Assembly (NCBI GenBank): GCA_043228905.1
Contig: JBHGNT010000010.1
Span: 11,036,001 to 11,100,000 of the forward strand
Reading direction: 5' to 3'
Length of the DNA: 64,000 bases
Source: Azolla caroliniana
Lineage: Eukaryota; Plantae; Polypodiophyta
Shown here: one piece after another, positions 38,721-50,830 of the stretch
How positions within the stretch are numbered: position 1 is the stretch's first letter
How the letters are laid out: each line of letters starts with the position of its first letter
Made by a program: the position numbers and the translations under genes
The notes under the pieces: model-generated
Seen by the model: only the letters and a program-made list of their open reading frames with translations
Database searches by the model: none
Told to the model about the DNA's origin: nothing

Positions 38721-39804
38721 CTTCTCTTGTAAGAGAACCTCCCTAGGGCTTTTCATTGTAGATACTATTAACCTTCTCTTGTAATAGAAAGATCGACATG
38801 CATTAACCGGATCCATGCAAAGCTCCAGGAATTGCTTGAAAGATCTATGCGCATGTCTCACATGTGCAAAAATAAAAATTACAATAAAAAAGGTAAACCT
38901 ACCCTAAGCATGAATACAAATAGGAGTCATATAAAATTCAACCATTAAATTAGGCCTGCTTTCATAGAATTTTAAATGCATCTTGAAGACAAATCAACGC
39001 ACTCTTTTCTTTCAAGAAATACAAAGCCTTCAAGCTCTGGAAACATAAAAACACAATGAAATCTTTACCATAGTCTCAAAAAACAAAAGTCTATTACTCA
39101 TAACATGACTACCTCCAATAAAATGTCTTTTAACAAGCCTGATGATTTATTGCAGGATAAATTACAGTTACCTTATATATATATAAAATCAATTCTCACA
39201 TATAGGTCCAGCATTCACGCAGAAAATACATACTTGGCAGCCACACTTACTACTATTTACACATTAATAGTTTGAAAATACCCTTCTTTATACATAGGGT
39301 CTTGGCTCCCATACAAAGTTTTACAAAAAACAAATGAGTCATGGAGAACAAGATCTCCTTTCGTATATGACAGAAAGTTAAAAGTTGGCCATGGAATACT
39401 CCAAAGCACAAAATGCACCTCATAAAAAACCAAGGCATCGAAGAAAGCCAATAAGGTGAGACACAATAATCTAGGAAAAACCCTAATAGGGCTGATTGAT
39501 CTTTCTTCACATTAGGAAAATATCTCTCACCTCTATGTTCTAAAAAGGCTTAATAAGTGCTTTTCCTTGGGTTCAACTCTTTCTAAACAATTGCCCGCTG
39601 AAAACTGTTCTGGTTTTTTTTTTAACTCTTCTGATTTTTTCTTCTTCAAAACCACATCTTATTTTGGAGGTTTAATGATATGGCTTTGTTTTTGTTTTTA
39701 AATGGGGTCTCCAGCACGTCAGTTACATCAACTGGCCCCTTATCAATCTCCTCTATCATTGCTTCCTTTTCTATCAGCTGAAGCACTAACCATGGTTACA
39801 CTCA

Positions 39805-41431
39805 TCAACCGTCGGTTTCCTTGATCACTACTTCTTTAGTTTCAGCTGAAGCAATAGCAATGGTTGCATTTGTTACACCAATTGTTGCCTTGTCAACCAC
39901 TATTTCTTTAGTTTCTGTTGAAGCACGAACGAAAGCTACATCAGTTACATCCGCTATCATCTTCTCGGTTTTAGATGAAGCACAAACAGCAGTTATGTCA
40001 TTTCCGGCTAAGATAGTTTCTTTTCCTTCCATTATTACATCACTTTCTACAACCATCTGTGCTACTTCACTTTTCAATTCATTTAGCGCCATCATTTTCA
40101 CCACTTTATTATTAACATTATTTCCCTCATTTGTGTACATATTCTTAACATCGTCTCCTTGGATTACAACTTCTTCATCGGTGATTTTGGCTTCATATCT
40201 GTTCATACCCTTAGGCTCTCTATGCTCTATATACTCTTGTCGCAGCTTTTCCGCTTCATCTTTACTGGCTTTTTCTACATTCTTCTCATTATCAGGTTTT
40301 TCTACATCTTTCTCATTATTAGGTTTCTCTACATGCTTCTCATTATCTGGTTGCTTTTTATGCCGCTTTCTAGTCACATGTTTGTCCAAGCTTTCATCAG
40401 TATGACGACCCCGTTGACGAACAGCCACTACCTTTGCCACATTAGCTGAAGCATCTGGACCAAATGCTTTTCCTTTTGAGATCGCCACCTTCGGATATTG
40501 TGTTTTCGGCTTCGGCCTCTGCACCATGTCATTTCACAGAATCAGTAACAAACCCTACACTTGTGATAATATACTTTCTAATCATGGAGTCGAAGCAGAA
40601 AATTCCAGTACTCAGATTTCCATGTAGCAATAGTACTTTTTCTTTTGTCTCCATCCCGAACCATATTGATAAGACTACCCAATATGGCACAGGCTTAGGG
40701 CATATGATTCATGTACCAGCCATCCATACAATGGGAAGGCAAAACTTGAAAGAGAAAATATGAATACCACAAAAAGAAAAGATAGAATATAACCTGACGG
40801 GAATGGCTTCGATCATGCCGCATATCTGTTCTTTGGTGCTCAAAAGTCCAAGGAGGAGGAGGAGGCAGTGATGGACCCCACCGACGAGGAGGGCGTTCAA
40901 CGATATTCTCTCTACGGATATTTTCTCGGTGGATATTCTGTCGATGTAAATTCTCTCTTTGCTGAGTGTGAAGCGGGAGAATCCTTGGGTCTGGGACAAA
41001 AGGACGAGGATGACAGAATAGGGAGGGGGGTGGGGGCCGAGGAGGATGCATCACAAAGGCCGACGACAACTGGCTTCTTCCATCCATTGTTCCTGTAGGA
41101 GGAATAGAAAGTTGATTGACGTGATAATACCCATTACGCCGCATATGTCTGCTACGTTCTTCATCATCTGCTCCTTCTTCTTCTACTTTGGCATATGGTC
41201 CAGGGTGAGGGTGTGGGTGTGGTATAAAGCGAGGAGGAACGGCAGAGACGCCTTGTAAAGACTCGACTGTATAGAATCCTTGTCCTGTGGATAGGCTGGG
41301 CATGGGCATGGACATGGACATGGACATGGCGCCATCATCGTGTAACAGCTTATGTTGATGATATTCATACCCATCTCTGCCAAAATCGTGGTGTGAGTAT
41401 TGCATCCTATCACTGCTCCTCTGTCGATCCA

Positions 41432-41432
<1 letters not shown>
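39805..41432 (-). CDS. Putative orphan gene or pseudogene: Pro/His-rich exon (~40793-41432) and charged low-complexity exon (~39805-40555)
   Basis: ORFs of 291 and 240 aa in AT-rich context, GA-rich leader, plausible donor CAG|GTT at about 40793 and acceptor TAG at about 40555. Frame continuity not resolved; no family recognised. Confidence 0.4.
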
Positions 41433-41462
<30 letters not shown>

Positions 41463-41589
41463 TCCTTCGTCTTCTTCTCTTCTGTTCCGCACTGTTTCCG
41501 TCTTTTCCTTTCTATTTTCTTTTGCTTTCTTCAGTTCTGTTCTGCCATGTTCAAGGAACAAAGGACACAACTATGTATTAGTATACATA

Positions 41590-41868
41590 TAGCAATTGAC
41601 AACGGTTCGGTTCGGTTCTAGAGTGTCAAACTCAAACCGTTTAATTTTTTTTTGAAGTTAGGTCAAATTTCCATATTTTAATTATAAAAATTGAAGGTAG
41701 GTCAAAACCCTAAGCAGTTTAAACCGATAAAGGTTCGAACCACATCATTAAACCCCGAAACCAAACCATTTACAAAAACTTGTGCTTGAACTTAACGGAA
41801 CCGTTTAAACCATTAAGCTGGGGTTTCGTTGTTCGGATCGGTTCAAACCAAATTGTTGCCGATTGCTA
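41590..41868. mobile_element. AACCG-rich MITE, probably hAT type
   Basis: TIR TAGCAATTGACAAC / GTTGCCGATTGCTA. Flanks TATACATA / CATGTATA could be a decayed 8-bp TSD. Confidence 0.65.
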
Positions 41869-42000
41869 CATGTATATGTATGTGTATGTGTGTTGTCTTA
41901 ATTCTATGTATCAAAGAAAGAGATTGGCATATCATCTCCAAAGGAGTTATGGAGACGGTAGCTTGAAACACCACTAAAGGATGCGTGGTACTAACAATTT

Positions 42001-42661
42001 TGTTGAGCGAGCAAGCTCAACATGATGCGAATCGACTGAATAAGCCAAGAGCCGGATCAGTGTCTGGATCTTAGTGTAACCGGTAGGTTGTTAGAGGCCT
42101 ATGATCCTAGCCTAGTACATAGGCATATTTTTAGGAGTTAGTGTCAGTAGCTCGGTACGAGCATTGAAGTACATGTCAGTACTTCTGTCAGTCCTTTTAA
42201 GGACTCATATAAAAGTGCTCAATGAGCACATTGTATGTACAAAGTGTTTATTGTTTTTGAAATTGAGTTTATGTTTTGCTCTCTCTGTCTCTCCCGCGTA
42301 CTGTGTATTCTCAAGCTTTCCATTAAACCTTGTCTCTGTTTTTCTATTGCTATCTGGCTAAGCCAGTTTGTCTACACTTCTGCATATTAGCTTTTACATG
42401 GTGTCAGAGCGTGAGGGTTGAAAATCCTTTGCTGCTGACAAAAAACACCGTATAGACGAAAACCTAACTTCCTGTAAAGAACAGATAGAAGAAGGAAATG
42501 GGCAGAGGAATGGCTAGCTCACTTTTAACGGAGAAGCTCGACAGAAATAACTACACGTCTTGGTCATACAAGATGCACTAGTACCTAGTTGGGCATGGAT
42601 ACTGGAGCTATGTCGAAGGAGCGAATGAAGTAGCGTTGGAGTCGGCACACAAGAACTTCCG
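42001..42661 (+). mobile_element. 5' fragment of a B-related copia (LTR 42001-42398, PBS, gag start)
   Basis: TGTTGAG...TTTACA, TGGTGTCAGAGC, EKLDRNNYTSWSYKMH. Confidence 0.85.
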
Positions 42662-43506
42662 GAATGAGGTTAACTTCAACAAGTCTTCTCATCCCCTTCT
42701 GGTTCATATGACACAATCTCTTGTGCCACAGCTCACCGGCAATGTCAGTTGCTACGTTCACTTCTTCCCGGCATATATGGGCATGCATCAAGTACAGTGT
42801 GTTGATATTCCAGGCTTGAGCCACAATCAAGCTCCCTTTGCTGAACTTCATGGCTCCGTTCCGGATTCTACTCGTGTAGCCTTCATCATCTAACCGATCG
42901 GCTGATATCAGGTTCAATCGAACCTCTGGAACATGTCGGACATCCTTCAACAACAACTTGCATCTGGTTGATGTTGTCAACAACACATCTCCTTTGCCGA
43001 CAATTTGGCATGTACCTTCATTCCCCATCTGGACATAGCTGAGATCTCCGCCTCTATAGGACGAGAAGCATTTCCGGTCCGGTGTCAGGTGGAACGATGC
43101 TCCGGAATTGACAACCCACGTTGTCTCATCGCCAACAAGATTTAACTCATTCTCCTCGGTGATGAGCAATAGTTCTTCTTCACTTCTCACGATCGCCGAC
43201 GTTCCTTTCTGATCCGGACCTTTCTGGTCGGAACTCTTCTTCGAATCGGCACCGTCGATCCCTTTCTCTTTCCGAAAATGTTGACAGTTCATCTGGAAGT
43301 GCCCTAACTTCCCAAAATAGAAGCAAGTAGGCCTCCCCCTTGACTTTGACCTTGTCCCTGACTTTTCACGGTTTTGGGGACTCTGGTTCCGGTTGCTCCC
43401 TCGTTGTGTGTTGGATTTGGAAATCAAGGCTTTTGGGTTGGAGATCACTTCCTTGTCTTTCTGATGCGCCTCTTCATCTAGCAAGCTCGACTTTACCCTT
43501 GCTAGG
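42662..43506 (-). pseudogene. Family-C copia fragment (gag knuckle, protease, pre-integrase)
   Basis: ARVKSSLLDEEA, CFYFGKLGHFQMNC, WVVNSGASFHLT, LWHKRLCHM. Confidence 0.85.
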
Positions 43507-44816
43507 TGTAAAAGAATACATGTGCGGAAGTGTATGCGAAACACAGAGTACATAGTTCGGAGAATGATAGTTTGGTAAAACACAGAAAACGTAGAGATGG
43601 AGATGGAGAGGGAAAGACATAGAGAGAGAGAGAAGACAACTCAACTTTATTTCAAAATAATGACACTCTGTACATATTTCGTGCTCAGTGAGCACCTTTT
43701 ATACAAGCCGTGACTATCGGGCTGACACAAGTACTGACAGTACTTGACTGCTCATAAATGAGCCTACTACACTAACTCCCAAAATTATTCCTTACGAGGA
43801 ATACCATACTAACGGCCTTTCGGTTTACGCACCGATACGACCATGTTATGCGTACTGTTTTACGCACCCAATCTACGCATTGGGTTACACACCCAATGTT
43901 GAGCTTGTCTCTCAACACTCCCCCTCAAGCTCAACTTGAAGTTCTACATGTTCCTCCGGATCTTCACTCCGGCTCTCCTGGCTTCACGCCTTGCTCGCGC
44001 TCCTCGACTTGTTCAATTCCGCGCGCCTCGACCCTTTCGGTCGGCTTGTCTGCTCGTTTGGCCCTTCTCAGCTCCTTTGCTATCACAGTGTTGGCGCCTC
44101 TTCTGCTACCCTTTCCTCCGCTTGGCCCTCAGTCGATTCATGATGTCCAAATCGAACATTTCGATTGAATCGGTCTCTTCCGATTCAATTCCACTTTCAT
44201 CCAAATTGGTTGTCTCCAATTCGTCTTTAGCCTTTAGGCCTTTGACAATGTCAGACCACGTCTTGGTCTTGGCCTTACCTACTCCTTGTTCGGCTGTCTT
44301 CGGCCCTTCCCTAAGATTACGACCCTTGCTCCCTTCTTCAGCTTTTTCAGCCGGCCTCAAAATTGAATTCTTTATCCGACTCCACGTCTCGGTCAATTCC
44401 GCTCCTTCCACACTCTTGTTCCTGTTCTTCCTTTCTCCCCCTCAAGTTCGACGTGTCGAGGTGATGCAACCCAAGCTCACCCAAGAAATTCCACAACTTG
44501 TCGACACCAAGGAGCTTGGCGAAGATGTCGGCAACCTGACAATCCGTCAGAACATACACCAGTTCGACTTCACCTGAAAGGCCACGCTCGCAGACAAAGT
44601 GATAGTGCACCTCAATGTGCTTGGTCCGGGCGTGAAAGATGAGGTTTTTCACAAGTTGGATGCTGCTGAGGTTATCACAGTAGATCGTCGTCGGATCGGA
44701 CACCCCCACATGCAGATCCCGTAATAGCCGCTTCAGCCAAATGACTTCGCACGTAATAATAGTCGCCCCTCGATATTCAGCCTCCGTGCTCGACAATGTT
44801 ACTGTCGGCTGTCATG

Positions 44817-44886
44817 ATAGGGCAAGACTTGAACCCATGACCTTATGGTATATGGGTCGAGCTCTTAACCATCACACCATCTATTG
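44817..44886 (-). ncRNA. tRNA-like Pol III cassette at LTR 5' end (second copy ~50849-50918)
   Basis: Minus strand reads TGGTGTGATGGTTAAGAGC...AAGGTCATGGGTTC(A/G)AGTCTTGCC. Confidence 0.6.
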
Positions 44887-45331
44887 TAATTCATAAGATA
44901 TTATTTTCATTTATGTTTTATTATAAGAAAGTAATGTATATTCCAGATTTCTCTGGAACATTCTAGAAGTTTCAAGATTACTCCTGACAACACTATAAAA
45001 GAAGGCACTAGGCATTATGTTGAACCAAATTGGTTCAACGCCAGTCTTAAGCCTCTCAGCCGCTTTGTACTTATCTTTTCACATAATATATTAGCTGTTG
45101 TCATCATCTTTCTCTCTCTCTCATCCTCGCTATCTCTCTCTCTCTCTCCTCTTCTCACTTCCTCTCTTGGGAATCTTACGCAGTCTCGTCCTCTTAGTAC
45201 TAATAGTACTGCTCTTCTTAGTACTAATTCCATCTCTGCTTTAGTACTATTCCTGACAGTTTGAACCAATTTGTCCTTTCCTCCAGCCTACTTGTCGTTC
45301 TCCCTCATCCTCCTACCCTTTTCCCTATACT

Positions 45332-46489
45332 ATGGCTATTGTTAGCGCCCAAGAATATCAATCTGTTTTCTCCGAGTTACAGTGCCTAAGAGAAAAGTTT
45401 GTTGCCCTGGAACAAGAAAACCAACGGTTGATAGGGGATCTGCAACAAATCGCTCTCGAAAAACAACAAACGCAACAACAACATGGGGAATTAGCATTAC
45501 GGGTACAACAACTCGAAGCAGCGTTGCAACAACAAGGATCAAGTCCCCAAGGATTTCATAAAGAGCCCAAGATTGGACTTCCTGTGAAATTTGATGGAAC
45601 GCGATCACAATTCTGGGGATTCCTTAATCAGGTACGCTTAGTCATCCAGATGCATCCTTCCCGATATCCCACTGATGCATCTCGAGTCGGCCTAATAGGC
45701 CCGTTACTTAGCGGCTCATCCTTGGCATGGTTCGCTCAGCTTCTAGAAAAACAATCACCCTTGCTTAATAACTTTGAAGATTTTATTGGTGAGTTTAAAG
45801 CCTGCTTTGGAGATACCGACATCATTAGGATGACGATCAACAAGATCCAAAGATTGCGTCAAGGCGATCGTCCAGCCTCTGCCTACGCGGCGGATTTCCG
45901 TCTACTCGCCTCAGATATTCCCTAGGATGATCAGGCCCTCATGGAGCAGTTTCGCTACGGCTTGCGCAATGATGTCAAAGATCTGCTTTTAACCTTCCAC
46001 GAAGAACCAAAGTCTCTTACGGAGGCAATCAGTCGAGCGGTCCGATGTGACAACCGCCTTTTCGAACGACGTTCGGAGCGTCAGTTACAAATACCACACT
46101 CTCGGCCGGAACCCACATACGCCTCAGTCACGGCTAAACCGTTTGCACGCGATGTACCTCAAGCCAATATTCCGACACCGATGGAGATCGACACCATGCA
46201 TCGACGCGGCCCGTTATCGGAAGAAGAAAAGCAACGACGACGTGCCAATCAATTATGCCTTTATTGCGGTGGACCAGGGCATATCGCCATCAATTGTCCC
46301 CATAGGCCAAGAAGACAGGTAAATCAAATCGTCGCTTGTACTAAACCCGAGTCAATTCTTCCCTTCGGAGTGTCTAATAGTATTAATAGTACTAATAGAG
46401 TGTCAGATAGTATTCATAGTACTAATAGCCCAAGTATCTCAAACAAATTTGAAATCCTTAGTCAATTAGATGAAGAGTTAAACGATTGA
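45332..46489 (+). pseudogene. Chromovirus gag (one internal stop at 45923)
   Basis: Coiled-coil N-terminus, KFDGTRSQF, LRQGDRPASAYAADFR, PMEID, CLYCGGPGHIAINC. Confidence 0.9.
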
Positions 46490-49400
46490 GTCCAGCCAAA
46501 ATAGGAGCCGTTTGGTTGGACAACAGCCCTAGATCTGTACAGCCCATTAGTGGTTCCATTCCTTCCAAGCAAGTTAGCAATGTGTTCCTAGCCCAAGTCA
46601 TTGTTAGTACTAAAAGTACTCCCCCAGTACCCGTCCTAGCACTCTTAGATTCCGGAGCTAATTCCTGTTTCATGGATCGAAATTTTGCCCAAGCTTCTCA
46701 GATATCCCTAAGAAAACTTCCTTGTCCCGCATCTGTAGTAGTCATTGATGGTCGTCCCATTGCTTCCGGGAATATTGTAGAAGAATCAGAACCCGTTCAA
46801 GTTGTCCTAGGTAGTTTTGTGTGTGTAATATCATTTAATATAATTAGTAGTCCAGAGCATCCCATTGTCCTAGGATTACCTTGGTTTGAATTACATAATC
46901 CAGCCATAGATTGGAGAACAAGAGAAGTCCGATATCGACCACCCCAAGAATCTACTCACTGAGTTTCGACCATTTCACTCCATCAATTACGCGAAGAAGG
47001 ACACAAGGAGGCAATGTTCCTATTTGCAATATCAGTACATCCTTCCAGCACTATTAAGAAAAACTCCTCAGTACAACTTCCGGCAAAATATTGACGGGAA
47101 CTGAACGCTCCCTGTACGCAACGCTCGGCCACAACCGAGCTTAGGATCATACACAGAAAACGGGAAATGAAAAACACGACACAAAGAGGAGAAGAGTACA
47201 CAAGATGTTTACGTGGAAAACCCCAAACTAGGGGAAAAACCACGGCAACCCACAGGCTGCAAACTATCGCTATGTTAGAATGTACAACAGTGAGTTCACT
47301 GAGGCAACGACCTCGTGCTCACGATCTTCGCCATAGGCGGCGGTTACAACAGAGGCAGCGACCTCTTTCTCTCTCTCTCTCTCTCTGTACACTCTTACGT
47401 GCTCGCTCTTCTTCTCCTTGCACCAACAAGAAAAATTAACAACTACAACAACTACAACTAAAAGTTTGCCCTAAGTCATATTTATACTAATATGACTTTT
47501 CGGCTATTTACAAATATAGCCTCGATGGACTCTCAGAAACATATTTACGAATATGTCTCTACATCCGGTTCTCACCGGGTCTGCACCATCCGGCTCTCCG
47601 TAGCCGGGTACTCCTCATCCGGTCTTCACCGGGTCTGTATCATCCGGCTCTCCGTAGCCGGGTACTCCTCATCCGGTTCATACCGGGTCTGCACCATCCG
47701 GCTCTCCGTAGCCGGGTACTCCTCATCCGGTCTTCACCGGGTTTGTATCATCCGGCTCTCCGTAGCCGGGTACTCCTCATCTGATTTCGGCCTCGGTTGA
47801 GCTTGTTCATTGGCACTAGTCTTCTCCCTTCCCATCCGGAGGGACCTGTCTCCCAACAAATATCATCCTTATGCCGATGTATTTGACAAGGTAAAAGTCG
47901 GTACCCTTCCTCATCACCATCCCTATGACTGTCCCATCGATTTACAACCACGAACCGAGCCACCATGGGGACCAATTTACAACTTGTCACCCACCGAGTT
48001 AGAAGTCCTTCGAGCCTACATAGAGGAGAACTTGGCAAGCGGGTTCATCCGTCATTCGAAATCTCCAGCCGGTGCACCCATCTTCTTTGTCAAGAAGAAA
48101 GATGGCTCACTTCGTCTCGTCGTTGATTACCGCGGATTGAATAAGGTCACCATCCGGAATAGGTATGCACTTCCTCTTATATCAAGTCTTTTAGAGCGAG
48201 TTAATGGTGCCAAGTTTTATACCAAAATCGATCTACGAGGAGCGTATAACCTTGTGCGGATCCAACCGGGAGATGAATGGAAGACCGCCTTTCGCACGCG
48301 GTATGGGCATTTCGAGTATACTGTTATGCCGTTCGGCCTAACCAATGCACCCGCAGTCTTCCAACACATGGCAAATGATATATTCAGAGACCTCTTGGAT
48401 ATCTGTTTGATCATCTATCTTGATGATCTATTGATTTATTCGAAGACCCAGCAAGAGCACGATTCTCATGTACTATTAGTACTAAAGCGACTCCGCGAGA
48501 ATGGTCTTTATGCCAAGCTAGAAAAATGTAGCTTTGACTGCAAGCAAGTGGAATTTCTAGGCTACGTCATCTCCTCAAAGGGCATCGCCATGGATCCAGC
48601 TAAAGTCCAAACTATACTAGAGTGGCAAATTCTACGGTCGGTACGAGATGTACAATGTTTTCTAGGTTTTGCTAACTTCTACCGTAAGTTTATACAGGAT
48701 TACTCGAAGATTATCTTACCCCTCACACAACTTACGAAGAAGGGCCAAGCATTTCTTTGGTCCATTGAAGTAGATATGGCTTTTCGGCATCTTAAGAAAG
48801 CCTTTACATCAGCACTGATTCTAGCTCATGTGGATACTAGCAAACCATTCATCATGGAGGTCGATGCTTCAGATTTCGCCCTCGGGAGCATCCTTTCTCA
48901 ACAAGGAGATAAAGAAGAGTTGCATCCGGTGGCTTTCCATTCGCGCAAATTCGATGTTGCGGAAATCAACTACGAAATACATGACAAGGAGTTATTAGCC
49001 ATCGTGGATTCATTTGTGCAATGGCGGCATTTCTTAGAGGGCTCTCCACATCAGGTCGTTGTCTTTAGTGATCATAAAAATCTTGCTTATTTCCAGAACG
49101 CACGTGTACTAAATCGACGGCAAGCTCGGTGGGCGCAATTCCTCACGCGTTTCGACTTCAAAATCACATATCGACGGGGGAAGCAGCAAGGAAAAGCCGA
49201 TGCACTATCACGGCATTCATATCTTGCACCTCGTCCTGGTGATCCAACATTTGATAATCAAAAGCAAGTAATCTTGGGACCAACATGATTGCACACGATG
49301 CGGATTTTTCACACCCCGATGGATTCACAGATTACCGATGACATACGTGCAAACTTGAAGACAGATAGTTTTGCTCAAAACATCCTGGTGCACATTGATA

Positions 49401-50830
49401 CTTCTCGGGCATCCTATTCTCAGTCTGAACAACCAGGTATTGACTACCGACAATTCGAATATCATGATGGTTTGTTATTCTTTAAAAAGCGCGTATATGT
49501 CCCCGATTGCTCCTGTCGCCTTCAAATCGTCCAACATTGTCACGACACCCATACGGTGGGACATTTCGATAGTACTAAGACGTTGGAGCTAGTGCATCGA
49601 TCTTTTTGGTGGCCCCACATGCGCCGTTTTGTCGATGACTACGTTCGGACCTGTGATGCTTGCTGCCGAGCAAAGATGCCACGACACCATCCATATGGCT
49701 TGTTGGAACCCTTACCGATTCCAAGTAAGCCGTGGCAGTCTATTTGTCTTGATTTTATCACAGATCTGCCGGTCTCGCAGGGGTTCGATGCTATCTTAAC
49801 CGTCGTCGATCGATATACGAAGATGGCACATTTTGTTCCGTGTACTAAGGCCATCACTAGCGAGGAAATCGCCGCCCTAGTCATGCGTGAGGTATTTCGG
49901 CATCATGGCCTCCCAGACAGTATCATCCGTGACCGAGGACCGCAATTTGTCTCCAAATTTTGGCAGCATCTCTTCAAGATGCTCAAGGTCTCTTGCAACC
50001 TCTCCTCCGGCTACCATCCTCAGACCGATGGGCAGGCGGAACGAACAAACCAAACGTTGGAGCAATATCTCGGGTTTTTCCTAAGTTATCAACAGGACGA
50101 TTGGGCCGAGATTCTCCACTTTGCGGAGTTTGCGTATAATAATGTTGTTCACTCCTCGACTCGAGCCTCCCCATTCTACGCTTATAGCGGTTCTCATCCT
50201 TGCTGGTCGGTGATCGACACCCCGGAGCTACCTACCAATCCTCGTGCCGGGGATCATTTGGAGAGACTACACAAGATCCAGACAGATCTCTCGACTCATC
50301 TTCGTCATGCTCAACAGACACAGAAGACTTACGCGGATCGTCATCGGCTTCCCTCCTCTTTTGCCATCGGAGATCGAGTATGGCTCTTACGTCGTCACAT
50401 CAAGACTACTCGACCATGCGACAAGTTGGATTATCGATGACTCGGTCCTTTCCTTATTACGGGTAAAGTTAATGATGTCACATTCCGCCTTGATCTCCCT
50501 CCGCAGCTTCAGATACATCCGGTTTTCCATTGTTCTCTTCTTGAACCTTATAAAGCAAACACCATTCCCGATCGTGTTACACCACCGCCTCCCCCGCTGG
50601 AGTTGGACGCCGGCCCGAAGTATGAAATTGCTGCCATCCTCGATTCCAAACTTATTCGCAACAAACTTTATTATTTGGTCGATTGGGTTGGTTATAGTCC
50701 GAGCGAACGCACTTGGGAACCTGTCGAGCATGTTGCCAATGCTCAGGATCTGCTTGCTGATTTCCACCGAAAGTATCCAGACAAACCCGGTCCGCAATCA
50801 GCGCCGACTCGTTCCACTCGTCGTCTTTAA
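46486..50830 (+). pseudogene. Chromovirus pol (protease, RT, RNase H, integrase, chromodomain), interrupted by a solo LTR and stops
   Basis: LLDSGANSCF, KIDLRGAY, MPFGLTNAP, IYLDDLL, DASDFALG, HDKELLAI, HPQTDGQAER, YEIAAILDSK..YLVDWVGY..TWEP. Confidence 0.95.
47092..47858 (-). mobile_element. Solo LTR of family C (TSD AATAT; four 54-bp repeats)
   Basis: Reverse complement of the 14214-14891 type. AATAT at 47087-47091 and 47859-47863. Confidence 0.93.

Noticed and set aside
42001-42661. Inverted missing 5' end of B2
   Set aside because: Its LTR differs markedly from the B2 3' LTR, and its gag overlaps sequence that B2 still has.
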